Shown: in pieces, positions 40,401 to 51,000 of the stretch
Position numbering within the stretch: position 1 is the stretch's first letter
Layout: each line of letters begins with the position of its first letter
Notes under the pieces: generated by a model
Databases searched by the model: none
What the model saw: only the letters and a program-made list of their open reading frames with translations
Told to the model about the DNA's origin: nothing
Source: Lingula anatina
Taxonomy: Eukaryota; Animalia; Brachiopoda
Direction of reading: 5' to 3'
Length of the DNA: 64,000 bases
Assembly (NCBI GenBank): GCA_051362555.1
Contig: CM120647.1
Span: 15,290,651-15,354,650 of the forward strand
Position numbers and translations under genes: made by a program

Positions 40401-41044
40401 CGTCCTCGCTATTCTTACATGTATCTATTGCGGGTTTTGAAAGGCCCGGTAAAACAGCACTACACGTGCTTTCGGCCGCCATATTGAAAATAAGTTTGGA
40501 ACACAAATGATTCGTAGCCTACAATGTGTAACTACGTTACAGATCAATATATATGCCGCATAAAAGATTGCAACTCCGTTGCAAAAATGTTTCCAACTTA
40601 AGCAAACAAACTACGTTTGTTTTAGATTATAATTCTGATAGAAATAGATCGCATCTATTTTCAGGCTGACTACCCAGCCGCATGTCACAAGCTAACTGAG
40701 TACGCATGCGCAAGCATATCTCATTTAAGACTGACCGATATTTTTATACGAAATAGAATTGTAAAGGAAAACCTAACAAAACTAGAAAACCACCGAGAGT
40801 GCAGACCTCTGCCAAGGCAGCAATTGTTGATTATTGTTGATTATTGAGCCAGACCACCACTAAAAACTAATCATTGTCCTCTTTGGCCCAATTCTGACAG
40901 TTCCTGAAAATTTCAGCAAAATCGGTCCATTACTTTTTGAGTTATGTTGATGACAGACAAACAAGGGTGAAAATATAACCTCCTAGGCAGAGCCTGAGGT
41001 AAATATAATTTCAATGAAGCTGCCATTCAAACTTTTAATCTTTG

Positions 41045-41089
<45 letters not shown>

Positions 41090-44000
41090 ACCTGCATAAT
41101 TATCACTGCTTCCTTATTATTAATCTAGCAGAGAGCTTAACTTTTGGGAGTTTACAAGGAAATATCAACAAGTGTGCTTTATGTAATCTCCTTTAATGGC
41201 CTATCAATTAGGCAAATTACTTTATAACTCAGAAATTAGCTACGTGATACCCAAGGGATATTAAAGGGATAATAACTCTTCATATGAGATCTATATTTCA
41301 CAATAAAAACCTTGTGAATAACTCATAGAAATATAATATATTCTGTTTTACCACAAAAACAGCAGTTATAGCTATTATTCTGATATCTGAACTTGTCTTT
41401 AGACCACGTGACCTCCATTGATGTCTATACTCTCTTAAAATCTCTTAAGAGATTTTAACAAAAAACCAAACTTTTTAGAAAAAACCAGGGACTAACTTTG
41501 AATGTAAAAATGGATTCATTAACCATTGGTAAGTATGGGAAAATTGATGTTTACTCCAGGAAAATTCATTTTTTGGCCAAAACGAAGAGTTATTATTGCT
41601 TTAACAGACTGACCCTCTCAAAGGTCTTTCAGGCCCATAAGTCACATCTTAAGAAAAGCACAAAACAATAATGCACAAAATAGGAGACTACCAATTCTGA
41701 TGCAATAATACATTATGTTTTACTGCACAGTCAACATCAAATTTTAATTATGCACAACAGGTAACAACGACGAAAGTAAAAGCATAAGGCTTCAGGCCCA
41801 TCAGAGTTCAAGTTTATACTTAGAAAGTGCCAGAATGAGAAAAATGAAAATTTCACACAAAATTGCATAAATTCAATAATAAATGATAACCCAATTGACC
41901 TGGCTTTCTAATTTGAACTGCATGCCAATCCTAAAAATCATACTTGTAAGTTAAAAATAATAATAAGTAACACAGTTTTCTTTTCATAATGTCTGCAGTA
42001 GCAATGCAAAAATATTGTTGTCAATTTTGATGTAACATTACATAATAAATTATAGAATAATTATCACCAATCTTTGATTATTGACAATAAATAGCATGGA
42101 CAAGTAGAAAATTTGATTACCATTCGGCTTCATGTCCATGGGAGCTCCGAGTCCCACAATGAATATGCCAAAAAGATAATGAATATTTCACTCAAATGTA
42201 TAACTTCCAGAAAAAGAAGCCAATTTGACTGCTTTTCCAACTCATTCTGCATTTTAGTCCTGTCTTTCTTTTTTAAAGGTTTGACAGTCATAACACGGTT
42301 TTCCCATAATGCTCATCATAGCAGCAGCACCAAAAATTGTGTTTTGATGCAATATTCTATTTTGATGCAATATTACATAATGCTTAACAGCATAATGACC
42401 ATCAATTTTTAATAATAGAATATTAGTAACATGGACATTCAGAAAACATGACAAGCAAAGGTCTTCAGGATCATGGAACTTCAAAGTCACACCTTGAAAA
42501 TGCCAATAAGTGAAAAATTAAATTTTCACAAAAAACTTTTTAACTGTCAGAAAAAATTACCAAACAGACTGCATTGCCAACTAAAGCTGTATTTTAGACC
42601 TGTTTCTTTCCTGTAAGTTGTTGTTGTGTTGGGGGTGGTCGGCTCATGCCCTAGTTAGATTCCACTTTACCAAAATAACACGATTCAGAGCTGGGCCTCT
42701 GAGGACGTGTATTTTGACAGCGCCCCTTGCATAGTTGAGAGCGACCTTTTGAGTGTGTAAGGCTTCTCGCCTTTATTATGAGGAAAGATTGTCTCTGATA
42801 GGAAGGTAGGTGTCTCACCTACATAGTATGAGATTTATAGATACCGATCTACTTAGGGTGCCCTGAAAAGGGCATTTCGTGATTGGCACGATCGAGGCGT
42901 CTCGCCTTTCCGGGGGAGGGGGAAGGGTGGACTGGTTGCAGTGTTGGGGGTGTTGGGGGTGGTCGGCTAATTGACATGATTTTTGTTAAATGGTCATTAT
43001 GAGAGCAGTGCCCAAAATAGGGGTTTCTTCTAATTTTGATGCAATATTACATAATGTTTAACAGCATAATGACCATCAATTTTTAATAATGGAATATTAG
43101 TCACATGAACATTCAGAAAACGTGACTAGCAAAGGTCTGCAGGCTCATGGAACTTCAAAGTCACACCTTGAAAATGCCAATATGTGAAAAATTAAATTTT
43201 CACAAAAAACTGTTTAACTGCCAGAAAAAATTACCAAACAGACTGCATTGCCTACTGAAGCTGTATTTTAGCCCCATGTTTCTTTCCTGTAAGTTTGAAA
43301 ACAGTAAGTGACATGGTTTTTGTAAATGGTCATCATGGGAGCAGTGCCCAAAATAGGGGTTTCTTCAAATTTTGATGCAATATTACATAATGTTTAACAG
43401 CATAATGACCATCAATTTTTAATCATAAAATATTAGTATCATGAATATTCAGAAAATGTGATTAGCAAAGGTCTGCAGGCTCATGAAACTTCAAAGTCAC
43501 ATCTTAAAAATGCCAAAATGTAAACAAGACAGCACTGTTCTGAAATGGGTTTATTTCCATTTTTAACATAAAACAAAATAAACAGTTTGTTGCCATTTTT
43601 ATATGACCAACTAAGAAAATTGATGAGATGGGAAAAATATCAATAGAACAGTGTTTAATGTCCAATTTCCTCCATTCTGAGATTCTGAACATAGTGGATG
43701 ATTGAATCTGACAAACTGCAATGATGAGTTTATTACCATTTTTGACACTTTATTACACAATACACGATAACAAGTTTACCATCATTTTTACAAAATCAAT
43801 TAACAATGTTGTAAAGATGCAGGAAATATCAAACAAACACTTTTACGTATCTTATTAGTTAAATAATGAGACTGTTAACATGCCTAATAATTGAATCTGA
43901 GGAAATGTGAAAAAACAGCATAACTTCTAAAATAAAGGCCCGATCATGCCGATTTTTTAACTTGACCTGCGTATTATGAATATCCATCAGTTCTGTTAGT

Positions 44001-46391
44001 TTCAAGCCAAAAGGTAAAATGTTATTTCACTTATCGTGTTATCGGTGTTGCATATATGCTGAGAAAAGTGAAAAAACAGCGTAACTTCCCTAAAAATGAC
44101 CCGATCATGCTGATTTTCGAACTTGACCTGCGGATTATGAATATTCATCAGTTTTGTAAGTTTCAAGCCAAAAAGTAATATGGTTTTCCACTTATCGTGT
44201 TATCGGTGCTGCATATATGCTGAAAAAAGTGAAAAAACAGCATAACTTCCCTAAAAATGGCCCGATCATGCTGATTTTTGAACTTGACCTGCGTATTAGG
44301 AATATTCACCAGTTCTGTAAGTTTCAAGCCAAAAGCAAAAACGGTGTTCCACTTATCGTGTTATCGGTAAAAGTGCACGACGGCGACGACGGCGACGACA
44401 GACGCAGATGATGGCTATATGTACAGACACATCTGTGTCTGTACATAAAAAGTTACAAAGAGACATTACCAGTAAGCTCTAGCATGAGACTTTTAAGATT
44501 AAAATTATAATGCAATCTTCATCGTAACTTTTATAACTGATTCAGGTTTCCATAAAAAAAAAAAAAAAAAAAAAAAAAAATTATACGCAGAGATTAAGAG
44601 TGTCAACCAATTTCATGGCGATGTCAGTAATAGAATCATAAAACCTAACAAACCCTGTCTGAAGATTTTATTACTTATTCTAAAACCTCAAAAATTTAGT
44701 GAGTAACTCAAAACGTTGAACCTCCAAAGAAGCAAAACATTTTAAATTTTAAGAATTTACCATAAAAAAAAATCTGTGGCTTACCCGCCTCTGATGCCTT
44801 AGATTTGATAAGTGAGTTTTTCAAAGTGTCCAGCCCTTGTTTGATTTCTCTGAAGAATTCATCCAGCAGACCGACCTCCATAATACCTCTCCAGAACAAC
44901 TGGCTCTCTGAAAGGTTGAAAGGGTATAATGTCAAGGAACTGGTATCCACGGGTAGATCCAGGATTATTTGAAGGGGGGGAGGGGGGGCCAAGGATGTGA
45001 ACCCCCCCCCCACCTTGGCATGGCGTTCGGGCCCCCAAAAAATTTAAATTATAATTTCAATTCATCATAATACAATTAAATTTAACTTTACAATTACTAA
45101 AACCAGAATTTTATTTAAAATATTTATAACTGATCATATTACAATTACATTTACAATGAAAATTATGTAATGACTGTACATATATTTACAACTGCTCACT
45201 CTATTCACAAATTATTATGTTACAACAATTAACAACGTACCCAGCACTGCTTCATCCTCGCCAGGTAGACCTCGACATGCTGCCATTGCCAGCTTCTGTA
45301 ACTCATCTGCGGACGGTTTAATATCCAAGTCAAATTCACTGTCATGTGAATCTCCATTCACAAAAGAGCCATTATTATTAATTCCTGGTTCCTTGTCTGA
45401 ATTAGATCCTCCACTGTCTTGATTGCTGATGTCATCTGTGAAGGTCACGGGGCCAGTCGCTGACACTAACACAGCATGCGGAAATACTGCTTGCGATAAT
45501 GATTTCTTTTTGCTGCTCGTAGACGATGAGCCACTGGAGTCTGCCTTCCACCGATTTGTTCGAGACTGGGAGCTATACGCATGCTCTGTGAGCTCCGGAA
45601 TGGGGTTGAATACTGCTTGAGTAACTGGGGTCATCGTCGGCGGATTTAGACTGATTTCTGGTTTGGTCGTCTTAGTCTCCAAACTGCCAACAGTCAGAGG
45701 TGTCCGCGCTATACAACGTCCTGAGCAGTGGACGGAATGGTTGAAGAAGTCTAGTTGTCCAGTGTCCATCATTTTTCTGGTGAAGAAAATAATGAGAACT
45801 AGACAATTACGCAGAAACAAAAATAAAATTAACAAAAACTGGCAATAACAATATGATATAATTAACTGACAAAGCAACTGAATAATATGTTTCTAAGAAT
45901 ATAAAAACAAACTCAATATATATATATATAGAGAGTAATGAAAAGGGCAAAATTTGAAGTGTCTTTTCTGAATAAATTTACACAGAAAAAAAAAAAATAT
46001 GTGAAATGATCTTTACAAATGCATGTACATATCACACATCTTAATCAATGTATTCTTAAGACAATTTATTTGGGTATATTTCTTATTTCTAATTATTTTC
46101 TCTAAAAAAACTCCAAATGTGAAAAAAAAAAAATAAATGTAAGCTTTAATATAATGTATATATAATACTTTTAAAAATCTCATACCTAAAGTTTGTTCCA
46201 TTGATACGTATTGCGTTTTTCCAGTCTTTCAGTTTTTCCTTATCTCCCATCACAGAGAACATCTTAGGTGTGACAAAACTTCCGTCTTCTGTCTCAATAC
46301 AGCTCTGATGAATGCCTGGACACAGGAACTTTTCCCTGTGTAACTTCCCTGTGATGGTACCGCATGTCACAACTATTATCTCATCTTCCAT
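34489..46391 (-). CDS. GMEB: GMEB-family SAND (KDWK) domain transcription factor, ~384 aa
   Basis: Exons 46391-46186 (TCG..KFLCPGI..KDWKNAIR), 45776-45241 (KMMDTGQLDFFNHSVHCSGRC, Zn motif), 44907-44785 (FWRGIMEVGL), 35090-34968, 34655-34489 (coiled coil); total 1155 nt in frame. Motifs match GMEB1/2 as I recall them (KFVCPGI, KMMDSGQIDF, FWKGIADVGL). A probable 5'UTR exon ends at donor 47308. Confidence 0.85.
36228..36351. repeat. DIRS internal complementary region (ICR)
   Basis: 36228-36313 is the reverse complement of 36001-36086, and 36310-36351 is the reverse complement of 40719-40760. Confidence 0.92.
36507..37745 (-). CDS. DIRS tyrosine recombinase
   Basis: ATRVQTL (R), LKQSR (K), AHSVR (HxxR), AGWS (W), FAKFY (Y). 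Overlaps the 3' end of pol in another frame; the true start codon is uncertain. Confidence 0.93.
   Translation of the reverse strand: MGNTELCLSVSTFQFAGSLYPEDSQRQSQGYYSGSCMANTDMVCKVDGITCGKPNSHSKEKRSANFTREQAPSGTSSYGQVETHCMQSIREQFRERGLSEQSTHILMSSWRTGTKKQYNVFIKRWFKYCGERKINSISPHVEEVIEFLTKQFNDGLAYDSLNTARGAISSMGIQIDGVSAGSHPLVIRYMKGIYNLRPPRQRYAQIWDVNKVLVFLRKLSPVKHLTLKDLTLKLTMLMALINATRVQTLHLISVVDMKKLSSEFVFQLCGLLKQSRPGCNSSHIVFKAYPPDRRLCVYTVLKEYIARTKTLRRHNVDKNLLISYMKPYKPVQRDTISRWIKVVMTKSGIDTTLFGAHSVRAAAVSKAKMNSVPVTDILNKAGWSTEKTFAKFYEKQIEDKATTFEYGVLKRK
37313..39403 (-). CDS. DIRS reverse transcriptase / RNase H / methyltransferase-like ORF
   Basis: AGRL, FLSPIFVRPKKNGEYRMILNLKKLN, IDIKHAY, FIDD (RT); LYTDASKLGWGA, HINALEL, SDN (RNase H); IDLFAS..YLFPPF..APVWPTQIWF (MT-like). 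Confidence 0.95.
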   Translation of the reverse strand: MAKQPVGSEQILEVRHKFQAGRLHLFVDEWRKLTSDPYILDIVQNCHINVDTNIGFQNLNDMVKYRFNTEETIIIRKEISKLLDLGVIKKVQSVPGQFLSPIFVRPKKNGEYRMILNLKKLNQHIPYEHFKMDTFEKALTLVTKGCFLASIDIKHAYYSVKIAEEQQILFRFVWEGNIYQYTCLANGISEGPKIFTKLLKPVYAKLRSLGHSSSGFIDDSLLCSDNYLECVENIRCTKHLMETLGFIINADKSVLIPQQSLLFLGNIIDSESMTVTLPKDKIDHIVQQCKMLIIKTEAKVRLVAKVIGIIVSTFSAVEYGKLHYRELEKQKISALKSNNGNYDAMMHITISMKQELQWWMENVHLQRRKIDKGNVDIILYTDASKLGWGAHLEGQKIGGRWFPEEANLHINALELLAILYALQSFTFRFENKHVKIMSDNITACDYIQNMGGIKSYDCNNIAKKIWHWCIEKNVWLTCVHVPGKDNVDADDASRKFNERLEWKLNENVFQKICEKFGNPFIDLFASRLNAQVERYCSWQADPFAWGINAFTYDWGTLNYVYLFPPFSLLGHCIQKIRKDKARGIIVAPVWPTQIWFAKLMELLVENPIVIQKKKGLLTLPGNKLPVEHPLMDKLKLIVCKVSGNSLENEAFLSNQPTYLCHLGVQGQRNNTTCSLNAGSNTVVKGKLIQFHHMWKR
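39367..40482 (-). CDS. DIRS ORF1 (gag-like)
   Basis: Long open frame 5' of pol, with RPKNCESL and FLFGDDI blocks and an R/G-rich C-terminus typical of DIRS ORF1; first ATG at 40482. Confidence 0.8.
   Translation of the reverse strand: MAAESTCSAVLPGLSKPAIDTCKNSEDVKAKKVKTRTGKGKLDDKAKSSHNSDEYLTIMKNIQETVQRQETNINSVVGRIDTLEKQYLYHDEYCEENYDFDERYDERLEDETCPEAGTSSTNRFDDMTKRYKLIEYTDVEVDSVLASSVNDLFTNGIVDHSKYTELTKDENNSRPKNCESLVIVKTNKMVWNIIPQYAKTNDKKLQDVQMSVVKAATLMTKGIDKLAKLETGNDTSEGLGKLIDMFNDSIALLGHANTQINCFRKDLLKPNLKPEYKPLCNHNIPCTTFLFGDDITKSAREVEDSAKMSYKMMQSRMGLDYRNRPYQRGPRFRGRMRGRYNRGRGSSSQRGAHADSKNFSWQSSQWDQNRY
40779..41000. mobile_element. Helentron-type non-autonomous element (HINE-like), degenerate copy
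   Basis: Same family as 49781-50221: AACTAGAAAA..AGACCTCTGCCAAGGCAGC start, GACA microsatellite, and ATAACCTCCTAGGCAGAG end. Confidence 0.6.
42361..43515. repeat. ~336-bp tandem repeat (2 full + 1 partial copy), first copy interrupted by a ~350-bp insertion
   Basis: TTTGATGCAATATTACATAATG..CATAATGACCATCAATTTTT recurs at 42361, 43035 and 43371. Confidence 0.85.
43895..44451 (+). mobile_element. Helentron-type (HINE-like) element with three 161-bp internal tandem repeats
   Basis: Units start at 43909, 44070 and 44231, followed by a GACGGC microsatellite and the terminal hairpin TATGTACAGACAC-ATCT-GTGTCTGTACATA (44418-44447). The left boundary is approximate. Confidence 0.65.
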
Positions 46392-46618
46392 TATCTGAAG
46401 TATGCAAGGATATGTAATTTTTCAGTGTCACCGAGTTAATTTAAATGAAGGACATTATCCAGGCAACCTGCCTTTAAGACTTTTGTCTTTTGGACTCCCT
46501 ACTTGTTCTATTGTGGATTTCTTTTTGAAGCCCATAGGAGCTAAAAGGCCTGTCTCAATAAGAAAATCCTGGCTTAACCCATATCTCGCTGGCTAAAACA
46601 TATTACAGTTAATTTTTA

Positions 46619-46652
<34 letters not shown>

Positions 46653-47169
46653 CAATTTTAATGAATTGGAGGATTTTAAACAATGTTCACTGAAAGCCAA
46701 TGTATGAACTACCTGTAAAAATGACAGAAATTGCGGAATATTTACTATCTCTTTAAAGTGTGTATTACTTAGACATTGCTCACAGCACCATTAGCAATTT
46801 TACATACTGATATGACAACCATGCTCTCCTTTAAATAATAGCGATAAAGACATCCAAACCTGTTTCGAATACTAGTATAGAGTGAAAATGAAACTATTAC
46901 ATAATATTACATTGTATCACTTCCTAGTACTTTTACTTCAACATATGCACATACTGGGGTACAGTAATACTTTTAATTTTAAAACTATTTTTTATTTGAA
47001 ATTCCTTTCTTCTTTTGAAAAACATAAATGCTTGACTGTGCCGCTCGCAGCCATTTTTCACCAACAATCTATTGTTACATATTTCACAATTAAATGTGCT
47101 TTGCCTTACCAAAATTGTTTGAATTTTGTTGCACCACAATCTTGCGGAAATCAACATGATTCATGAGTA

Positions 47170-47600
47170 ACAGGAAGCACGTGTTGAAGTGAAAGCGGAA
47201 ATGACATCATTACTTCACATGTCAATCACTCTCTTGCGTGCAGGAGACGTTACGGCCTCCCGTAGCAATATGTAATTACGACGCTAATTACACTCAAACG
47301 TACTCACGTTTTATTTTTCTTTTGCGACCCCAGAAAACCTCAGCTCAATTTAAAATCCTCATCATACTGACGTAAAGAAAACAGGCCGCCAGAGTAGAAT
47401 TTTTCACGCTTTCACTGGCGTAAAACGACAGTCCGCTTTCTTCCTGACACAGTGACGTCAACGACGAGATTTACGCTCACGTAACGTGAGGATACGAGAA
47501 CAAATAAGGTGAAGGTCGCGGAAGAAGGAAATTTATTTTCCCCTGGACCTGACACAAACCCGATTCATTTCTGCAAGCACAGAAGAAGGGGGTCTTTGCG
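47170..47600. promoter_or_regulatory. Bidirectional promoter region between the GMEB-like gene and EXOC3
   Basis: CpG-rich patch between divergent genes, with a minus-strand donor at 47307 (GTGAGT), a plus-strand donor at 47600 (GTAAGT), and a CRE TGACGTCA at 47453-47460. Confidence 0.65.
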
Positions 47601-48036
47601 TAAGTAGGCGTTTTTGACCAGTGTGTAAATGTGATGACAGCGAAGGAAGGAGGGGCGTTAAAGACCGATTTCTGCTAATTGCCGTGCAAATTGCCAAATC
47701 GTTCATAATCGGTACCCTGGCATTGTGGCAAGTGTTTTTATATATGTCAACCCACATCCTGTGGTATGAAGTCGGTTTCCTATCCCATTCAAAACTTGTT
47801 AGATTTGCAGATTATATAATTAAAACAACCAATTGCAGGTGGCATATGTACAGCTGATTTACTAGTATTCAAGATTTGTACAAGTGACAATTCTTAAAAA
47901 TAATTATAAAATAAATAAAATAAAAAAGCAAAAAGCAATTCAATAAGTTAATAAATAACAAGAAATTGACCCCATAGTCAGATTTAAATAAAATAATTTA
48001 TTTTATCTAAATTCTTATTCAGTGTAAACATCCAGT

Positions 48037-51000
48037 ATGTCTCACCTGGTCCCGCTGGACCTAGAAAAGCTGGAGGGGGACGCTAAGAGGAACGCTACCA
48101 AGCAGGTAGCCGCCATGATCCAGAGACCTGATCAGCTGGAAAAGGTGGACCAGTATAAAAGGAGGGTTGTGCGCAAAAAGGTGGGTACCACTGAACATCT
48201 CAGTGGCAGATCTGGGAGGTAGGGCAGGCCACAAACCTCATATTCCACATACACACACCAGATCTAGGGGTGCCTCTAATCCACCAACACAGTAAAAGGT
48301 CCTTTTTTCAGACCCCCCCCCCCTTCTTGAAAGTGCTGGCAGATGATGGCTCTTACTGCATTATATCTATATAATATTTGTAATGATGATGTGTTCCAGG
48401 CGAAAGTTCAAGCCATGTTGAAGATGGCCCTGCAGATGATGGTTCCTACTGTCCTACTGATATGTCTATATAATTTTTAAATGGTGTTTTGTTTTAGGCC
48501 GCAGTTGAAGCCATGTTGAAGACAGCCCTCCAGTCTCAGTTGGAAGGTGTCAGGACTGGTCTGTCACAACTACAGGCGGGGTTACATGATGTCAAGGAGA
48601 CCAAACAAAGGTATCAGAGTATACAGTGCATCATGGCAACCACTCACTGTATTTGGTCATGGATTTCTATTACCGACAGTTAATACTCACAAAACTCAAA
48701 CAAAACTGTACTAATCGTTTTACTCACTGTTGAAAGCCAAGTCCAGAAATTAATTCCAAAAAAGGTGTCCAGAAATCTCCATAAACAAGTTGCATATTAT
48801 TCAGAGCAGTTATTTTCCTTTGCAGTCTCCAAGAGTTGGAGGATACGTATAAATCCACTGCACACCTTCAAGAGAAACTGAACAAAGTTAGAGATGAGAA
48901 TCTAAGACATAGACAGGTATGTCATGCCCCAGATCCACATGAAAATTTCAATGCAATGATATTTTTACATTTTCTTTAACCCATTTTGAATCTGTTCAGC
49001 GTGTGGCTAAGAACAGGTAGAGTTAAAAAAATTATGTACTCAGTAACACAGTGGTTTGTGGAAATGCTATACACTAATACAGATTGTTGGTATTATACTT
49101 GACATATCGTTTTCTTTATAGCTGGCTGCTGCAGTGGAGAATTTAAAACATATTTTCACTGTGCCAGAGACAGTTAAGAAGACAGGGGAACTTATCACTG
49201 ATGGAAAGCTGCTGCATGCTCACAAATGGTAAATACTCAACACAGGTGGATTTAGAGTGAAGTTTGAGAGAAAGAGAGAGAGTGTGGTGGGGAGAGGACA
49301 ATTCTGTTTCTCTTATGATTTGGCTTTTTTGCCTTCAGATATGGCTAGGAAAATTAGGCAGATATTTGCAGTGAAGTGAGGTGTTGATTAAGAAAAAAAA
49401 AGGTGCAGATTGCTGATGATATCTAGGAATACATCAGACAAGTGTTATTTGTGTTTGAATTATTAAGTCTATAAATGTCTCTTACTGATAAGATGCTCCC
49501 AATCATATCCAATCACACTGACCTAGAGATATCTAAAAATTACTAATAATTCCTTTCAGTCTCACAGATCTGGAGATGTCCCGAGATGATCTCCTCCTTG
49601 AACTGGACAGGCAGCCATCTGTGAGCCAAACCGACAAAAATGTGAGTAAAACATGATACAAGCATGACAAACATGTTTATTATACTTGTGTAAAATTTGT
49701 GGCAAAATTAGCTGGTATCCAAATGAATGATACAATAAACAAACAAACAAAGGAATAAATAAATACATAAGTAAATGGATAAACTAGAAAAGCGCTCCGA
49801 GAGCACAGACCTCCGCCAAGGCAGCAAAGTCTCCACCCAATGCCGTTTCACTCCTAAATTTTCATTCTATAATGATTTAGTTTTATGATTTTTGATTATT
49901 GATTGATATTATTGATTGATTATTGATCCAGATCACCACCAAAAACTAATCATCTGTTCCTTGGCCCACTTCTGACAGTTCCTGAAAATTTCATCAAAAT
50001 CAGTCCATAACTTAGATTTTTGATTATTGATTATTGATCCAGATCACCACCAAAAACTAATCACTTCTCAGTTAACCCATTTCTGACTTACCCTGAAAAT
50101 TCCATCAAAATTCATCCATAACTTTTTGAGTTATGTTGCTGACAAACAGACAGACAGACAGACAAAAAAAAACAAACAAACAAACAGGGGTGAAAACATA
50201 ACCTCCTTGGCGGAGGTTATAATTGGACATTGATAAATTAATAAATAAAGGAATAAATTAGAGATGAAAGTCTTTGTTTTAGCTCCCTCCTCTGAGGTTC
50301 TTGCATTCTTTAGAATTTTCAAAGGTCCACTTTCATCTCTGATAAATGAATAATTAAATAGGTAAATGAATAGATGAATAATTTGATTGATTAATTAACA
50401 GATCCTTTACCTCTCCAGATGATTCTGAATTACTTCAAAGATGTGAGCACGCTGTCCCAGGAGCTGGGCAAGCAGCTGTGGATCAGGCTCCAGAGAACTC
50501 TGACCACTGTCCGGCGAGACCCCACTGCCATAGTAACAGCACTAAGGATCATAGAGAGGGAGGAGAGGTTGGTAGGACTTGAGTCACCATGGTTACCATT
50601 GCTATGGTTACTGCTGCTATGGCTACCACTGTAATGTAGAAATGTTAGAAAGCATACTTTCTAGTCTCAATGAAAAATCTACGTTGAAAGTTAGTTTTGA
50701 CTTAAATTTTTTTTGGTACTAGTACTTCCAAGCAGGGACATATGTTGGTAAAAGAAAGTATGAGTTTATGCTGGGTAATACATCAGTGGTATTGACTGTA
50801 TTAATGATTATTTGGCCTGAACCCAGCCCATTGTATTGAACAACTTTAAGATTAAATTTTACTCTTGGAAGTACTTTTCATTATTTTAATTGAGTGTTTG
50901 ATAACATTGAAAGTAATTTCTGTTTACAGGAAAGACAGTTTTATGCTGAAGAGACAAGAACAGACAGGGTTTCTTCCTCCTGGAAGACCTAAGAAATGGA

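Larger units (their letters stand above)
36001..40760 (-). mobile_element. Full-length DIRS1-like tyrosine-recombinase retrotransposon (4760 bp)
   Basis: Three uninterrupted overlapping ORFs (gag, RT/RNaseH/MT, YR); ITRs 36079-36112 and 40696-40729; ICR 36228-36351 complementary to both termini; AATT at both ends. Confidence 0.95.

Noticed and set aside
43909-44370. Regular repeats as a CRISPR-like array
   Set aside because: Contiguous 161-bp units without unique spacers, a eukaryotic context and no cas genes.
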